Below, in pieces: positions 22,090 through 35,790 of a stretch of 64,000 nt of DNA; the first letter of the stretch is position 1, and every line of letters begins with the position of its first letter. The translations under genes and the position numbers were made by a program. The DNA lies in contig NIVC01000928.1 of assembly GCA_002269645.1 (NCBI GenBank), forward strand, positions 1 to 64,000. Reading direction: 5' to 3'. The DNA comes from Macrostomum lignano (taxonomy: Eukaryota). The notes below the pieces were generated by a model. That model did not search any database. It worked only from the letters and a program-made list of their open reading frames with translations, and was not told where the DNA came from.

Positions 22090-24654
22090 CTAGGCCAGAC
22101 TGAAGTGCAGCTCCGTATTTGCCGGCAGCGCGGCCCGGGCGCCGAGAACCGCGTGCGGCGACACGCTGCAGCCCAGCAGGTTGAGGTAGACTAGATTCGG
22201 GCATCCGTTGGTTGCTAAGGCCGACAGGCCCTGTTGAAATGGAATCAAAATAACAATTATAACATGAAGATTCGTGAAGGTACCGTGATATTCACGCAAT
22301 CGCATTGCAACTCTCACCCCACTGATCCATGACGCAATTTCATTGCAACTCTCACCCACCTGATCTATGACGCAATCGCATTGCAACTCTCACCTGATCC
22401 ATGACGCAATTGCATTGCAACTCTCACCCACCTGATCTATGACGCAATCGCATTGCAACTCTCACCTGATCCATGACGCAATTGCATTGCAACTCTCACC
22501 CACCTGATCTATGACGCAATCGCATTGCAACTCTCACTTGATCCATGACGCAATTGCATTGCAACTCTCACCCACCTGATCCATTACGCAATCGCATTGC
22601 AACTCTCCCCTGATCCATGACGCAATTGCATTGCAACTCTCACCCACCTGATCAATTACGCAATCGCATTGCAACTCTCACCCACCTAATCCATTATGCA
22701 ATCGCATTGCATCTTTCACCTGATCCATGACGCAATTGCATTGCAACTCTCACCCACCTGACCTATGACGCAATCGCATTGCAACTCTCACTTGATCCAT
22801 GACGCAATTGCATTGCAACTCTCACCCACCTGATCCATTACGCAATCGTAGTGCAACTCTCACCTGATCCATGACGCAATCGCATTGCAACTCTCACCCA
22901 CCTGATCTATGACGCAATCGCATTGCAACTCTCACTTGATCCATGACGCAATCACATTGCAACTCCCACCCATCTGATCCGTGGAGCGATCGCATTGCAA
23001 CTCTCACCCACCTGATCCATTACGCAATCGCATTGCAACTCCCACCCATCTGATCCGTGGAGCGATCGCATTGCAACTCTCAACTGATCCATGATGCAAT
23101 CGCATTTGCAACTCTCACCCACCTGATCCGTGACGCAGTCGCATCCGCGAAGGGTCAGTCGGGTGAGTCTGGCTGAGCAGCCGCCAGCGCTTGCCAGTGC
23201 AGAGACGGCGTCATCCGTGACGTCGCAGCCGCCGAAGTCCAGCTCCAGCGGCGGCCCGGCCGGCCCGAGTCCGCGAGCGAGCCGTTCGACGCCCAAATCG
23301 GTGACGCGTCGGCAATCGCGGAGGCTCAGCTGCCGCAGGTTGGTCGCTCGGATCGCGATGTGAAAGAGGACTTCGTCGTTGATCTGAGAGCGATTGTTTG
23401 GTTAAGGTTGGCATCTTGCATCTTGAAAACTTGCAGTGTATTGAATTTTGATTGTCAAAGTGTTTTCAAACTAATCTGCGCTGAAACTCTTAGGTTTTAT
23501 CAATAAAGTCAGTCAGTCTCTGGCCAGACCTCTAGGTGGAAGGTCCGCTAGACGCGGGCAGAAAGGTAGGTCTGCTGTTTCCATACCCGCGGAGAATATG
23601 ACAATGAAGCCTCCATATCCTGTACAGCGATATCCATCGATTTAATGTAAAAGTACGCGTCTGTCAGCGACGTTGCTATGCTAGACGTGTGCAGTCGTTC
23701 ACTCCAAGGTTCAGTGACTGGTGGACTCTCCCAAGGCTGGGTGAAGCGCATCAGACGCACGCACACACAAACAACACAGCACACAACAGCAGGGCAAGCA
23801 ATGAAGACTTACACCCTCGCAGCGGACCAGAGCCAGACTTCGCAGCCTTCGTCCGCACCGTCGCAGCAGCCGCTCCAAGCCGATTTCGCTGATGTCACCG
23901 CCGCTGTCGGCAAGACGGAGCTCGCGGAGGCCGGGGCAGCCGCCGCCGGAGCCCAGCGCCGCCAGGCCGCTGTCGGTTACGTTCGGACAACGGCGCAGGC
24001 AAAGGCGGCTGAGGCGCGGGCACATTCCGTCGCCGAGGGCGCGCAGGCCAGAGTCGTCGACGCCGCGACAGTCGGCAACTTCGAGGCTGATAAGACACGG
24101 CGCCGCCACCGGCAGGGCCAGGGTGACGCCGTGACAGGCCGCCAAGCGCAGATGGCGAAGGCGCTGGCAGCCGTGGAGCAGCTCGCGGGCGCCGAGCGCT
24201 GTCAGGCGCGGACAGGCGCGAAACGCGGCTCTCTGGAGACGCGGGCACCGGGAGCCGAGCAAGCTGAGCGCCCTGTCAGTCAGGGTGATGGAATTCGCCA
24301 CGCTGACTCGAAGCAGGCCCAGGCAGTGCGGGTAGCTGGCGTAGCTGAGAATCTTCGTCACGCTGTCGATGGCCGCGTTGGCATCCAGGCGAGGATCGTG
24401 CAGCTCCAGGCCGGTCCACAGAGCCGGGTGCCAGGCGAGGCGGTACCAGGAGCGGCAGACGGCGGCACAGCGGCACAGCTGAGGCGAGTCCAGGTAGCTG
24501 AAAGCCAGCAGGAGGACTCGGTCTGGCAGCTGCGGCTGCGCCGGCTCCTCCCGCTGCTGCTCCCGGAGCCAGCGCATGCACTTTCCCGACGGGTTCAGCG
24601 CTGTCGCTTGACAGTCCTCGACGTTCGCCTGTGGCTCTGCGCATGGTTCGGCAA
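22090..24654 (-). CDS. FBXL7: F-box/leucine-rich-repeat protein, FBXL7-like; exons ~24654-23813, 23383-23123, 22230-22090
   Basis: F-box LPDRVLLLAFSYLDSPQLCRCAAVCRSWYRLAWHPALW closely resembles FBXL7 (QLCRCARVCRRWYNLAWDPRLW). It is followed by Cys-containing LRRs (LxxLxLxxCxxVTDxGL). All three junctions are GT-AG and phase 0. First ATG is at 24577; an acceptor at 24655 suggests an upstream exon or trans-splice site. Confidence 0.88.
22300..23142 (-). repeat. 34-38-nt minisatellite derived from the FBXL7 exon/intron junction
   Basis: Minus-strand unit gcgattgcgtcatggatcag-gtgggtgagagttgcaat equals the last 20 nt of the exon plus the first ~18 nt of the intron. Confidence 0.85.
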
Positions 24655-25339
24655 CTGTTTTTGTTACTTTGTAGCTATTAAAAGAATTCCTTATAAAATT
24701 TACTAAGAGCATTAGTGAGACTTGTCAAAATCAAGGGAGCTGAAGTGCAGTAATGAGAACACGTGCCTAAGCTTATACTGCCTAATTGTATTTTCATGAG
24801 TTAACTCCTACCCTTCAAGTGACTAGATAAGATGGGCGCTAGTCAGTCGGGTGATGTACATATATTGTGGTCCTAAATGTACGATGAATGGCTACAACCA
24901 CCAAGAAAGCTTGTGTGTGGCTGTTTGTGCATTTATCGTATCACTCATCTGAAGAGGCCATCTCGATTGTCTGCGTGCTTATGTCAATTATTACAAAAAC
25001 ATACACATGCGCATATTCAGCCATCCCCACAGATTCTATATTACCGACATGTCCCTAATGTACTTGGCAGCCGTCTCCGAGGCCCCGAAAACCCAGGGGT
25101 TTGGGCCATAGACACCAGCTGCTGCTGCTGCTGCTAATGTCTTGAGAGCCAAGCGAAGCAAGTATCGCTTTTGACGATCAAAATGAGAATTTTAACAATC
25201 AAAGCGGGACGCGCCATAGACATTCAAGCCAGGCCACAGATCACACTCTAGTCATGGACTCAAGCAGTTTAGCAAAGTCTACTGAGGGAGCCTTGGCCAT
25301 AGACTATAACTTTGGACACTCAATATGGGAAAAAGCCAT

Positions 25340-26730
25340 TCAAAACGGGAATCGGGCTGAGATTTCATCATAGCTCTCTGTCCCTCCCTCCCCGTTTGCT
25401 TGTCTTTGTCCTGAAAGCGACCCCCATTCAATGGCGCCACCAATTCCTGCAGCAGATTGCCAGCGGCTGATTGATGCGGTTGAGCAAGGGTCAGCCATCG
25501 CATGAGCTGCAACAATCGTGCAAACAACCGCATTCTGAATCGCTGCCAACTTTCGACTCGATGGCAGAGTGCAGAATCCCTTCCACGCGGTGGTCGGAAA
25601 GAAGGATTGTGCAAGGCCGGTCAGGAAATGAGAGAATTCTTCGTTGAGAAACTCGATGAAATTCCTTTCCTGACGCTCAAGGAGTTCTGACTTAATTTTG
25701 TTTTGCTTTCTGTAACGAACACTTTGTTCACTTTTAAATATTTCAGTGGCCCAGAGATATAAAGAGTACATCAAGTTGGGTGAATTCCAGTTTTAAATGG
25801 CTTTTTCCCATTTCGATTGTCCATTCCACAATCTATGGTTGTGTATTCCCAAGCAGCCCAAGTCTGTGGCCTGGCTTGAATGTCTATGGCGTCCCGTTTT
25901 GATTGTCCGAATTCCCATTTAGATCGTCAAAAGCAAGTAGTGCCACCCGCTAGACCAAGTGAGCTAACCTTGCGCTGTCGGAGCTGCTCCGACGCCTCTG
26001 CAGCTGCTGCCGCTGGCGCTGGCGCTGTCCAGATTGTAGCACAGCCGGTAGAATCGCCGACCTGCCTCTGAGTTGCTAATCACTCTCTGCGCCAAACTCT
26101 GAGCTAGGACAGGCTCAGCCTCAGCCTCGTTGTCGTCAGCAACCGCGTCAATGTCTATGTCAACAAACCGCGGCTTGGTAATGCGTTCAGTCTCCGTTCT
26201 GTCAATGGTTTCGCCCTCTTCGAAGACGACCGCACCGTTATCGTCGCTGCGGTTGTCCTCGTCGGAGCCACAGCTGCTCCAGGAGTTTTTAGAGTCCTCA
26301 GAGACGTCCGACCGGGACGGGATGAGATGGACGAACGTGTCTCCGAAACGAACTGACGGCCCTGAGCCACCGACGTCTCTGGCCGGGGCGGAAGCGGCTG
26401 CCGAGGCCACCACGGAGCAGCTCTCGTCGCTGACTATACCGGAGGTCAGGGAGTCGTCTCGATGCGACGGCAGCGTTGCGAAACACAGGTGCAGCGGCGC
26501 CGGCGGCTGCAGCAGCTGTCTTGGCGGAGGCGGAGGCGGCTGCGACGCTGGGTTTCGTCTTCTCAGCACTCGATGCTGCTGTGGAGGTCGCTGCTGCTGC
26601 TGCTGATCTTGTTGTTGCTGCTGTCTTAGTCGATCAATCGCCATGCGACTCATACTGCTCAACTGTTGATCCCTGGACTGCGCTGTTCGGTCGGGCGCTA
26701 CTGCAGGAGGTCCGGGCGACCCGGTCCAGC
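25340..26730 (-). CDS. Uncharacterised protein, last two exons (~26730-25967, 25686-25340)
   Basis: Long GC-rich open frame (Q/P-rich, SVRF, acidic stretch, RFYRLCYNLD). Donor caag|GTTAGC (phase 1) fits acceptor tcag|aa ctc, giving ELLERQERNFIEFLNEEFSHFLTGLAQSFFP...*. No family recognised. Confidence 0.5.
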
Positions 26731-27344
26731 TTTGAAAGAGGCAATCGGAGAGCGGGGAGAGCAGATAGAAATGCGTTTTTGAAAGTCACCTGGTGTTGGC
26801 TTTTTAAGTTAAGGCAAGGCTGCCACGCGCAAAAGCAGACGCGCTGTGCTGCTACCCCCCCCCCCGCCCCAACCAGTAGAGTTTGTGTGCCAACCGAATG
26901 CTGCAGCTCAAATATTGGCTTAGAAAAAGAGCGGCACATTTTTTCATATTCCATATTTTCGTCTGCAGAAGCACATGCGCTTTTAGAATTTTTTTAGAAA
27001 AATATTCGCTTTTATTTGCTCTGCTACCTAAGCCAGGAGCCCCGTATCTTGTCATTCTTAGCACACCTTTGCGCCCTGTGGCACTCTTATCATTCTCTGA
27101 TGGGTCCTTTGTTGTTGCCGTCTAAGGAACTAATGAGAGCGTCATCTGCTCCTATTACAACAAATCTGTCCAAATTGTAGCACAACCGGTAGAATCTGAT
27201 TCCAGTCTGATTCCAAGATCAGAAGTCTTAAAGATCCTTACAGAAGTCTGTCTGTTAAGTGGATGAACGAAGTTTAATTAGTAATTAGTAGTTCAAACAA
27301 CCTTGAATTCGGTCTTTAAATCATAGGATCCGACCTTGAGAACT

Positions 27345-28095
27345 CGGAACTTAAGCTACAGGATCTCTCCAGAACAATGTACTTAAGCTACAGGATGTCA
27401 CCAGAACTCTCTAATTAAGCTACAGGATCACTCCAGAACTATGTACTTAAGCTACAGGATCTCTCCAGAACTCTCTAATTAAGCTACAGGATCTCTCCAG
27501 AACTCGGTAGTTAAGCCACAGGATCTCTCCAGAACTCGGCTCGGTACTTAAGCTACAGGATCTCTCCAGAACTCGGTAGTTAAGCCACAGGATCTCTCCA
27601 GAACTCGGCTCGGTACTTAAGCTACAGGATCTCTCCAGAACTCGGTACTTAAGCTACAGAGTCTCTCCAGAACTCGGTACTTAAGCTATAGAGTCTCTCC
27701 AGAACTCGGTACTTAAGCTACAGAGTCTCTCCAGAACTCGGTACTTAAGCTACAGGATCTCTCCAGAACTATGTACTTAAGCTACAGGATCTCTCCAGAA
27801 CTATGTACTTAAGCTACAGGATCTCTCCAGAACTATGTACTTAAGCTACAGGATCTCTCCAGAACTCGGTACTTAAGCTACAGAGTCTCTCCAGAACTCG
27901 GTACTTAAGCTACAGGATCTCTCCAGAACTATGTACTTAAGCTACAGGATCTCTCCAGAACTATGTACTTAAGCTACAGAATCTCTCCAGAACAATGTAC
28001 TTAAGCTACAGGATCTCTCCAGAACAATGTACTAAAGCTACAGGATCTATCCAGAACTCTCTAATTAAGCTACAGGATGTCACCAGAACTCAGTC
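27345..28095. repeat. 32-nt minisatellite (cttaagctacaggatctctccagaactcggta)n
   Basis: Direct reading. Confidence 0.9.
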
Positions 28096-28619
28096 CTTTA
28101 ATTCCTAGTCATTTAACAACAAGTCTATCAACCGGAAAAGTCCATTAGGCATAAATATTTACATATTAGCTCAGTTTTTCACTCTATCATTCAGAAACCC
28201 CGCTGTTCTGCCACTCTCCTGAGCTCAGTAAATTCTCAAGCATTTGGACATTGTCTTGAGTGCACCGTGCATGCAGTATTGCTGCTGCCATTTTTCTGGC
28301 GCAGCGGGTTGCGGACCTCCTGCGGCTGAGCCGACCCCGAGAGAAACCTGCATCGCCTGTGCAGTGTCTTCTGCCAATCATCTCTTCACTTGGGCCACTC
28401 TGTGGTTATTGGTGCTTTTCTGTGAGCACAGGCTTAATTATCAACAGAAGCTGCTCATTTAGAGAGGAGAATGCAGCTCGGAACTTCCTGAGCTCAGCTC
28501 TCCCACGAAGCTTTTAAACGTTTTTGGGCATAACTGCCCACATTCCTGCCTGTGTTTCTCATTGTGAGGCTTGAAATGCAAAAAAAACATTGGAAACATG
28601 GTCCAAGAATATAAATTTT

Positions 28620-28650
28620 GTCTGTCTGTCTGTCTGTATGTCTGTCTGTG

Positions 28651-28709
<59 letters not shown>

Positions 28710-28757
28710 GTGTCTGTCTGTCTGTCTGTCTTTCTGTCTGTCTGTCTGTCTGTCTGC
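28620..28757. repeat. (TCTG)n microsatellite (also 31636-31785 and 38290-38632)
   Basis: Direct reading. Confidence 0.9.
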
Positions 28758-29399
28758 AAACCGTCTGCCTCTGTCTATCACTGTAGTCCAACAAGTTCAG
28801 TATTGATTTTCTTGAGGCTTCGTGAGCATTGTGAAAGAAATTATTTTTTCATAATCTCCCAAGCATGAGCCTGGCCAGTCAATCAAGATCAGGACAGATT
28901 ATGTTGATAATCTCTTTCAGTTAAAGCGCATGGCTTTGGAATCCAGAAGTCGCCCTGTCTCAAGCAGGGCCCGCGCGGATGAAATTACCGTCATCATAGG
29001 CTTGAATTTCGCGCACTGCTACCGGGCCCAGCTCACTAATGAACAGTTGATTATTAATGAGTTGCATCCAGGAATGAGGGACAAAGGAGAGGTGGAGAGG
29101 AGGAGTCATTTATTCCAGAGCTCCGCGGTCTTAGCTGCAGGATTTGGGGAAGGCTAGCACCTAAATAATTTAACTTCATGCAATGACTGAGCTGGCTCTC
29201 AGACTGATCAATAACTGGGAAATTTGAGTGCACAGTTTCCGCCAGACTGCCCGAATGGTCAGTGCTGCTCATTTTTCAATGCCTCAGTGCGTGTGACGGG
29301 ACTTATCGGCCTGCGTGTCTGCCTCCCATTTGATGATGGTTGCTACAGCAATGTGGATTTAAGTTTGAAGTACATGTAGTTGTTACGAGTAAAATGAAG

Positions 29400-30650
29400 C
29401 TTTCGGTTGAGAATGCGACTGTGTGGGGGATAAAAGAAAGAAAGGAGAGATGTGAAAAGAAGAAAATAGAAGAGAGGCAAAAGAGAGGAGCCAACCAAGC
29501 GGAGAAAAGAGAGAGAGGAGAGAAGGGAGAGCAGAGGGGAGAGGGGAGAAATGAGAGAGCAGAGAGGAGAGAAAAGAGAAGAGAAGAGAGAGGTGAGCGA
29601 AGAGAGGTGAGAGGAGAGAGCGGAGCAAGGAGAGGAGAAAGGATAGAAAAGAGATGTGAGAGGAGAGGGGTGAGAGGAAAGAGGTGAGAGGAGAGATGTG
29701 AGAGGAGAGGGGTGAGCGAAGAGAGGTGAGAGGAGAGAGGAGAGAGGTGTTGGAGGTGAGAGGTGAGAGATTGGAGGTGAGAGGAGAGAGATGATAAGAG
29801 GAGGGGTGAGAGGAGAGAGGTGAGAGGAGAGAGGTGAGAGGAGAGAGGTTGGAGATGAGAGGTGAGAGGTTGGAGGTGAGAGGTGAGAGGTTGGAGGTGA
29901 GAGGTGAGAGGTTGGAGGTGAGAGGTTGGAGGTGAGAGGTGAGAGGTTGGAGGTGAGAGGTGAGAGGTTGGAGGTGAGAGGTTGGAGGTGAGAGGTGAGA
30001 GGTTGGAGGTGAGAGGTTGGAGGTGAGAGGAGAGAGATGATAAGAGGAGAGGTGAGAGGAGAGAGGTGAGAGGAGAGAGGTGAGAGATGAGAGGTTGGAG
30101 GTGAGAGGTGAGAGGTTGGAGGTGAGAGGTTGGAGGTGAGAGATTGAAGGTGAGAGGCGAGAGGTGAGAGGAGAGAGGGGAGAGGAGAGAGGTGGGAGGA
30201 GAGAGGTGAGAGGAGAGAGGTGGGAGGAGAGAGGTGAGAGGAGAGAGGTGAGAGGCGAGAGGTGAGAGGAGAGAGGGGAGAGGAGAGAGGTGGGAGGAGA
30301 GAGGTGAGAGGAGAGAGGTGAGAGGAGAGAGGTGAGAGGAGAGATATGAGAGGAGAGGGGTGAGAGGACAGAGGTGAGAGGAGAGATGTGAGAGGAAAGA
30401 GGTGAGAGGAGAGATGTGAGAGGAGAGAGGTGAGAGGTTGGAGGTGAGAGGTTGGAGGTGAGAGGTTGGAGGTGAGAGGAGAGAGATGATAAGAGGAGAG
30501 GTGAGAGGTGAGAGGTTGGAGGTGAGAGGTGAGAGGTTGGAGGTGAGAGGTTGGAGGTGAGAGATTGAAGGTGAGAGGAGAGAGATGAGAGGAGAGGGGT
30601 GAGAGGGAAGATGTGAGAGGAGAGAGAGGAGAGGGGGAGAGAGCAGAAAT
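29400..30650. repeat. GA-rich purine low-complexity array (gaggtgagaggaga / gaggttggaggtga)
   Basis: Direct reading. Confidence 0.85.
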
Positions 30651-31667
30651 TAGCTAGAGAAAAGATAGCAGAAATTTAAGTTCCAGCAACTGAATCATAC
30701 GGGGCGAGCTGTCAATCCTAATTCAAGCTACTGGCCAAGCTCTCCACCTGTTCGGCCATTCGCGCACTTCACTCACCTCTGCCACTGTTGATGCCGAAAT
30801 CCGCTCATTCTTGTTAGGAAAACTGCAGACTCTCGCCTAACTGACTTGCTTGGACAGATAGAAGGACAAGAATTGCTTTTGCGTCATGCTTTATATCTCT
30901 AAAAAACGATCTCGGTCTCCGTCCGCTCTAGCAAGCATGCAAACTCGACTCAATCATCTTTCTCTCACCTTTATTGTTGGTTGGTTGGTTTGCTTCTCTG
31001 CCAGTGGATGCGTGGGGTTGGGTAGATGGTATCTCGCTAAAGCAGAGAGTGTTGGGTCAGTGTGGCCTGCTATTGCGTGTAATTAAAACTGTTAAAGCAG
31101 CTATGAGTTTCTTGTTGCACAGAACCCTAGCGGTTAAGTGTGACGCTTTTTTACAACACAATGCAGTTTCACAGGGAATGCAGTTCTTTGCTAAAAGTAC
31201 ACCCAGTAGCTAAAGCAGAGAGCTGGTATGTAAAATTCGTCAATTACTATGAGGAGCTGTCAGTGGGAGGACACGGTAATCCTGTTAATCTGACTGTGCG
31301 ACCTCTTGCATTGTTTCCCTTGTAAAGAAGATCGGATTGTAAATTTTGTGATTTTGCCTTTTTCCTCGGGCTTCTTGTGCGCTCTGGTAATGCATGTCAA
31401 CTGGCCGTGTGTCTGTCATTCGTTTGACTGTCTGTCTGTGTCTGTAATTGTGTCTGACTGTCCCAGTGTCTGTGTCTGCCTTATAGTCAATCTGTTTCAG
31501 TGTGTCTGTCTTAGTGTCTTAGTGTCTTAGTGTCTTAGTGACTTAGTGACTTAGTGTCTTAGTGTCTTGGTGCCTTAGTGACTTAGTGACTTAGTGTCTT
31601 GGTGTATTTAGTGTCTTAGTGCCTTATTTTCTTGGTGTCTGTCTGTCTGTCTGTCTGCCTGCCTGCC

Positions 31668-31718
<51 letters not shown>

Positions 31719-31719
31719 G

Positions 31720-31776
<57 letters not shown>

Positions 31777-32825
31777 GCCTGTCTGCCTCCGTAGCGCCTC
31801 CCTTGCTGTCCCTACCAGATTGAAATCTGTCCACTCCCCGTTGCGACAAGCCTCCCAGCTGTGTTTACTGGCCTCAACCATTCAACAGAATAAAAACGAG
31901 ATAGACCGCACTGCAGACCTGTCGCGCACAGCTGGGCGCTCAAATTGCTAATGGAGTTTACAGATTTTTCCGCGCTCAATCTTAACTTAGCTTGCATGGC
32001 AAGAGAAAAAATTTGCCTTGAGCCTCAAGAGAAAGATAATAAAGGCGGCAACGATTGAAGTTCGCACCTGGCTCGGAAGCCCGATCTGCCCAGCTACCCG
32101 GGAGGGTGTGGCTCTGCCAATTAAATTCATTAAAAAGAAACAGCCGACAAGTAAAGGTCAGCACAGTTTGAAAAGCAGAACCTAAAGTACAAACAGGGGT
32201 ATACCTCACCTGGTCTAATGACACGAAGCAATTAGCAATCCATTTCAACAGATGCGGATGAGATCATCCAGAGCTTCGATCTGGTCAGCTTTTAACTCTT
32301 GTCGGTTTTGGCCATGGGCTGTGTCAGAACTGAGCCAATGGCAACTGGAGGGGAGGGTGAGAACCAGTCATAAATCCCTACCCCCCAGGTTCATGAATGC
32401 ATACACTTCATGACGCGTGTTTGAAGTTATTACAATTTTTCTACAGCTAAATAACTGCCAATTTCCTTCGCTAAATTGCTTTTATTGCTTTATGAGAGCT
32501 GGCAGTAACAGCTCTGAGAATACAGACTTGAGTGACTGGGTGGGGGGACTGGGGTGGCAACTGTTCACACTTGCATCAGCAAGATTCCCGTAACTAGCAG
32601 CCTGACATGTGCCATCACAGCAGCAAAAGAGTTTTGCATTTCAGCTTTAATTTAGGAATTAACAATCTGCTTTTGCCAGAGCATAGCTGGAGCATTTACC
32701 GTTAATTAACAATCCATATTTCTCACCTAGGAATCTAAAAGCTATGGATATATTCATATTCTGCTCTTGTAAGTAGACTAGTAAGGACTATTGTCATGGA
32801 AAAATATTTCAACCTCGTATCTGAG

Positions 32826-33038
32826 ATCTAGGATCTGGGATCTAGGATCTGGGATCTAGGATCTGGGATCTAGGATCTGGGATCTAGGATCTGGGATCTA
32901 GGATCTGGGATCTAGGATCTGGGATCTAGGATCTGGGATCTAGGATCTGGGATCTAGGATCTGGGATCTAGGATCTGGGATCTAGGATCTGGGATCTAGG
33001 ATCTGGGATCTAGGATCTGGGATCTAGGATCTGGGATC
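32826..33038 (+). repeat. 14-nt satellite (ggatctaggatctg)n, array A
   Basis: Direct reading. Confidence 0.92.
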
Positions 33039-33557
33039 TCGGGTAAAAAAATGGTGAATTCTTGATGCATCTCTGAGGATAAAATAGCATGGAATTACGA
33101 GCCACTGTCTTTGCCCTTACTAAGAAGAGTGAGGCCATAAAAGGATGCCACCTGCCTCTGCTAATAGCAGACGCAGGGCATCTCATTTTGTCTGAGATTA
33201 CAGTTTATCACGCTCGCTAGTTGTCTGTCACTGCCTTTGAGTATGTAAATTCAGGTGTCGCACGAGACTAGCAACAAAAAGTATGCTCGTGCTCCTATAG
33301 AAGTGTAGCACTAATACGGGGGCAGTCAATGGTCTGTCCCGCTTTGCAATGTCTTTTTGTCTCCGAGTAAGAGCATCAATAGCTCTTATCTAATTACGAG
33401 GGTAGTAAAAATGTTCTGTTAGCTTGTTTTGTTATAAATCTGCTGAGCAAACCATTTTTATTAATTTCTGCTATGCATATCGTAACATTGTGAGTTTAAT
33501 CTCATGATCTACGGCTTGAAAGAGCTCTGGAAGCTGAAAATTTAATGTTTTGCCATC

Positions 33558-34810
33558 GTAGATCCCAGATCCTAGATCCCAGATCCTAGATCCCAGATCC
33601 TAGATCCCAGATCCTAGATCCCAGATCCTAGATCCCAGATCCTAGATCCCAGATCCTAGATCCCAGATCCTAGATCCCAGATCCTAGATCCCAGATCCTA
33701 GATCCCAGATCCTAGATCCCAGATCCTAGATCCCAGATCCTAGATCCCAGATCCTAGATCCCAGATCCTAGATCCCAGATCCTAGATCCCAGATCCTAGA
33801 TCCCAGATCCTAGATCCCAGATCCTAGATCCCAGATCCTAGATCCCAGATCCTAGATCCCAGATCCTAGATCCCAGATCCTAGATCCCAGATCCTAGATC
33901 CCAGATCCTAGATCCCAGATCCTAGATCCCAGATCCTAGATCCCAGATCCTAGATCCCAGATCCTAGATCCCAGATCCTAGATCCCAGATCCTAGATCCC
34001 AGATCCTAGATCCCAGATCCTAGATCCCAGATCCTAGATCCCAGATCCTAGATCCCAGATCCTAGATCCCAGATCCTAGATCCCAGATCCTAGATCCCAG
34101 ATCCTAGATCCCAGATCCTAGATCCCAGATCCTAGATCCCAGATCCTAGATCCCAGATCCTAGATCCCAGATCCTAGATCCCAGATCCTAGATCCCAGAT
34201 CCTAGATCCCAGATCCTAGATCCCAGATCCTAGATCCCAGATCCTAGATCCCAGATCCTAGATCCCAGATCCTAGATCCCAGATCCTAGATCCCAGATCC
34301 TAGATCCCAGATCCTAGATCCCAGATCCTAGATCCCAGATCCTAGATCCCAGATCCTAGATTCCAGATCCTAGATCCCAGATCCTAGATCCCAGATCCTA
34401 GATCCCAGATCCTAGATCCCAGATCCTAGATCCCAGATCCTAGATCCCAGATCCTAGATCCCAGATCCTAGATCCCAGATCCTAGATCCCAGATCCTAGA
34501 TCCCAGATCCTAGATCCCAGATCCTAGATCCCAGATCCTAGATCCCAGATCCTAGATCCCAGATCCTAGATCCCAGATCCTAGATCCCAGATCCTAGATC
34601 CCAGATCCTAGATCCCAGATCCTAGATCCCAGATCCTAGATCCCAGATCCTAGATCCCAGATCCTAGATCCCAGATCCTAGATCCCAGATCCTAGATCCC
34701 AGATCCTAGATCCCAGATCCTAGATCCCAGATCCTAGATCCCAGATCCTAGATCCCAGATCCTAGATCCCAGATCCTAGATCCCAGATCCTAGATCCCAG
34801 ATCCTAGATC
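33558..34810 (-). repeat. Same 14-nt satellite, inverted (cagatcctagatcc)n, array B, ~89 near-identical copies
   Basis: Reverse complement of arrays A and C. Confidence 0.92.
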
Positions 34811-35324
34811 CCATATTCTAATGGGCTAAGTAATTGTTTGGGGATTCTAGAAAGCTCCTGTAGTTTTGTTTTTGACTGTCCGACATTAAAGAGCTTTTTG
34901 AACCTAACGTACCGCGCGACAAGGTTCCCAGACTTTGTCTGAGCAAAAGATAATTTATCAAGGCATCCCAGCTGAATATCTCCCCAGTGGATTTGATGCC
35001 CGAATCGAACTCAGAGCACTGCATCTAAAATTAACCCAGCATGTTAGGCAGGGCCCGATGCACTCAATTCTCAGGTTCGTGAGAGTCGCGAACTCGTCTT
35101 TTGGATCGAACTTTTTTCTTTTTTTTTCTTGGCAGTTCTGAGTTTAGGCGGCGCCGTTGGACATTAAATCAAATTTCAATCTGTACTTTTACATTTTGTC
35201 TGCTGCTGTTGGTTCGTCTGTTCTTTAAATACGAGCTTTGAAATGAAAGAAACTCTCGTCTGGACTAGAATGTTTTGTCATCTTCTGCAGATGCTCGGAA
35301 GGCCTAGAGATTTGGGTGGATTAG

Positions 35325-35790
35325 AGGTGGTTTAGGGGCGAATTACGGGTTGATTAATGGTGGATTAGGGGTGGATTAGGGGTGGATTAGGGGTTGATTT
35401 GGGTTGGATTATGGATGGATTAGGGGTGGATTAGGGGTGGATAAGGGGTGGATTAGGGGTGGATAAGGGGTGGATTTGGGGTGGATTAGGGATGGATTAG
35501 GGGTGGATTAGGGATTGATTAGGGATGGATTAGGGGTTGATTAGGGGTGAATTATGAATGGACTAAGGGTGGATTAGGGATGGATTAGGGATGGATTAGG
35601 GATGGATTAGGTGTAAATTAGGAGTGAATTAGGGGTTGAATTAGGAATAGATTACGCTTGGATTAGGGATGGATTAGAGATGGATTAGGGGTTGATTAGG
35701 GGTGAATTAGGAATGGATTAGGGATGGATTAGGTGTAGATTAGGAGTGAATTAGGGGTGAATTAGGAATGGATTACGGTTGGATTAGGCG
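35325..35790. repeat. Degenerate 11-nt (ggattaggggt)n array containing TTAGGG
   Basis: Direct reading. Confidence 0.8.
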
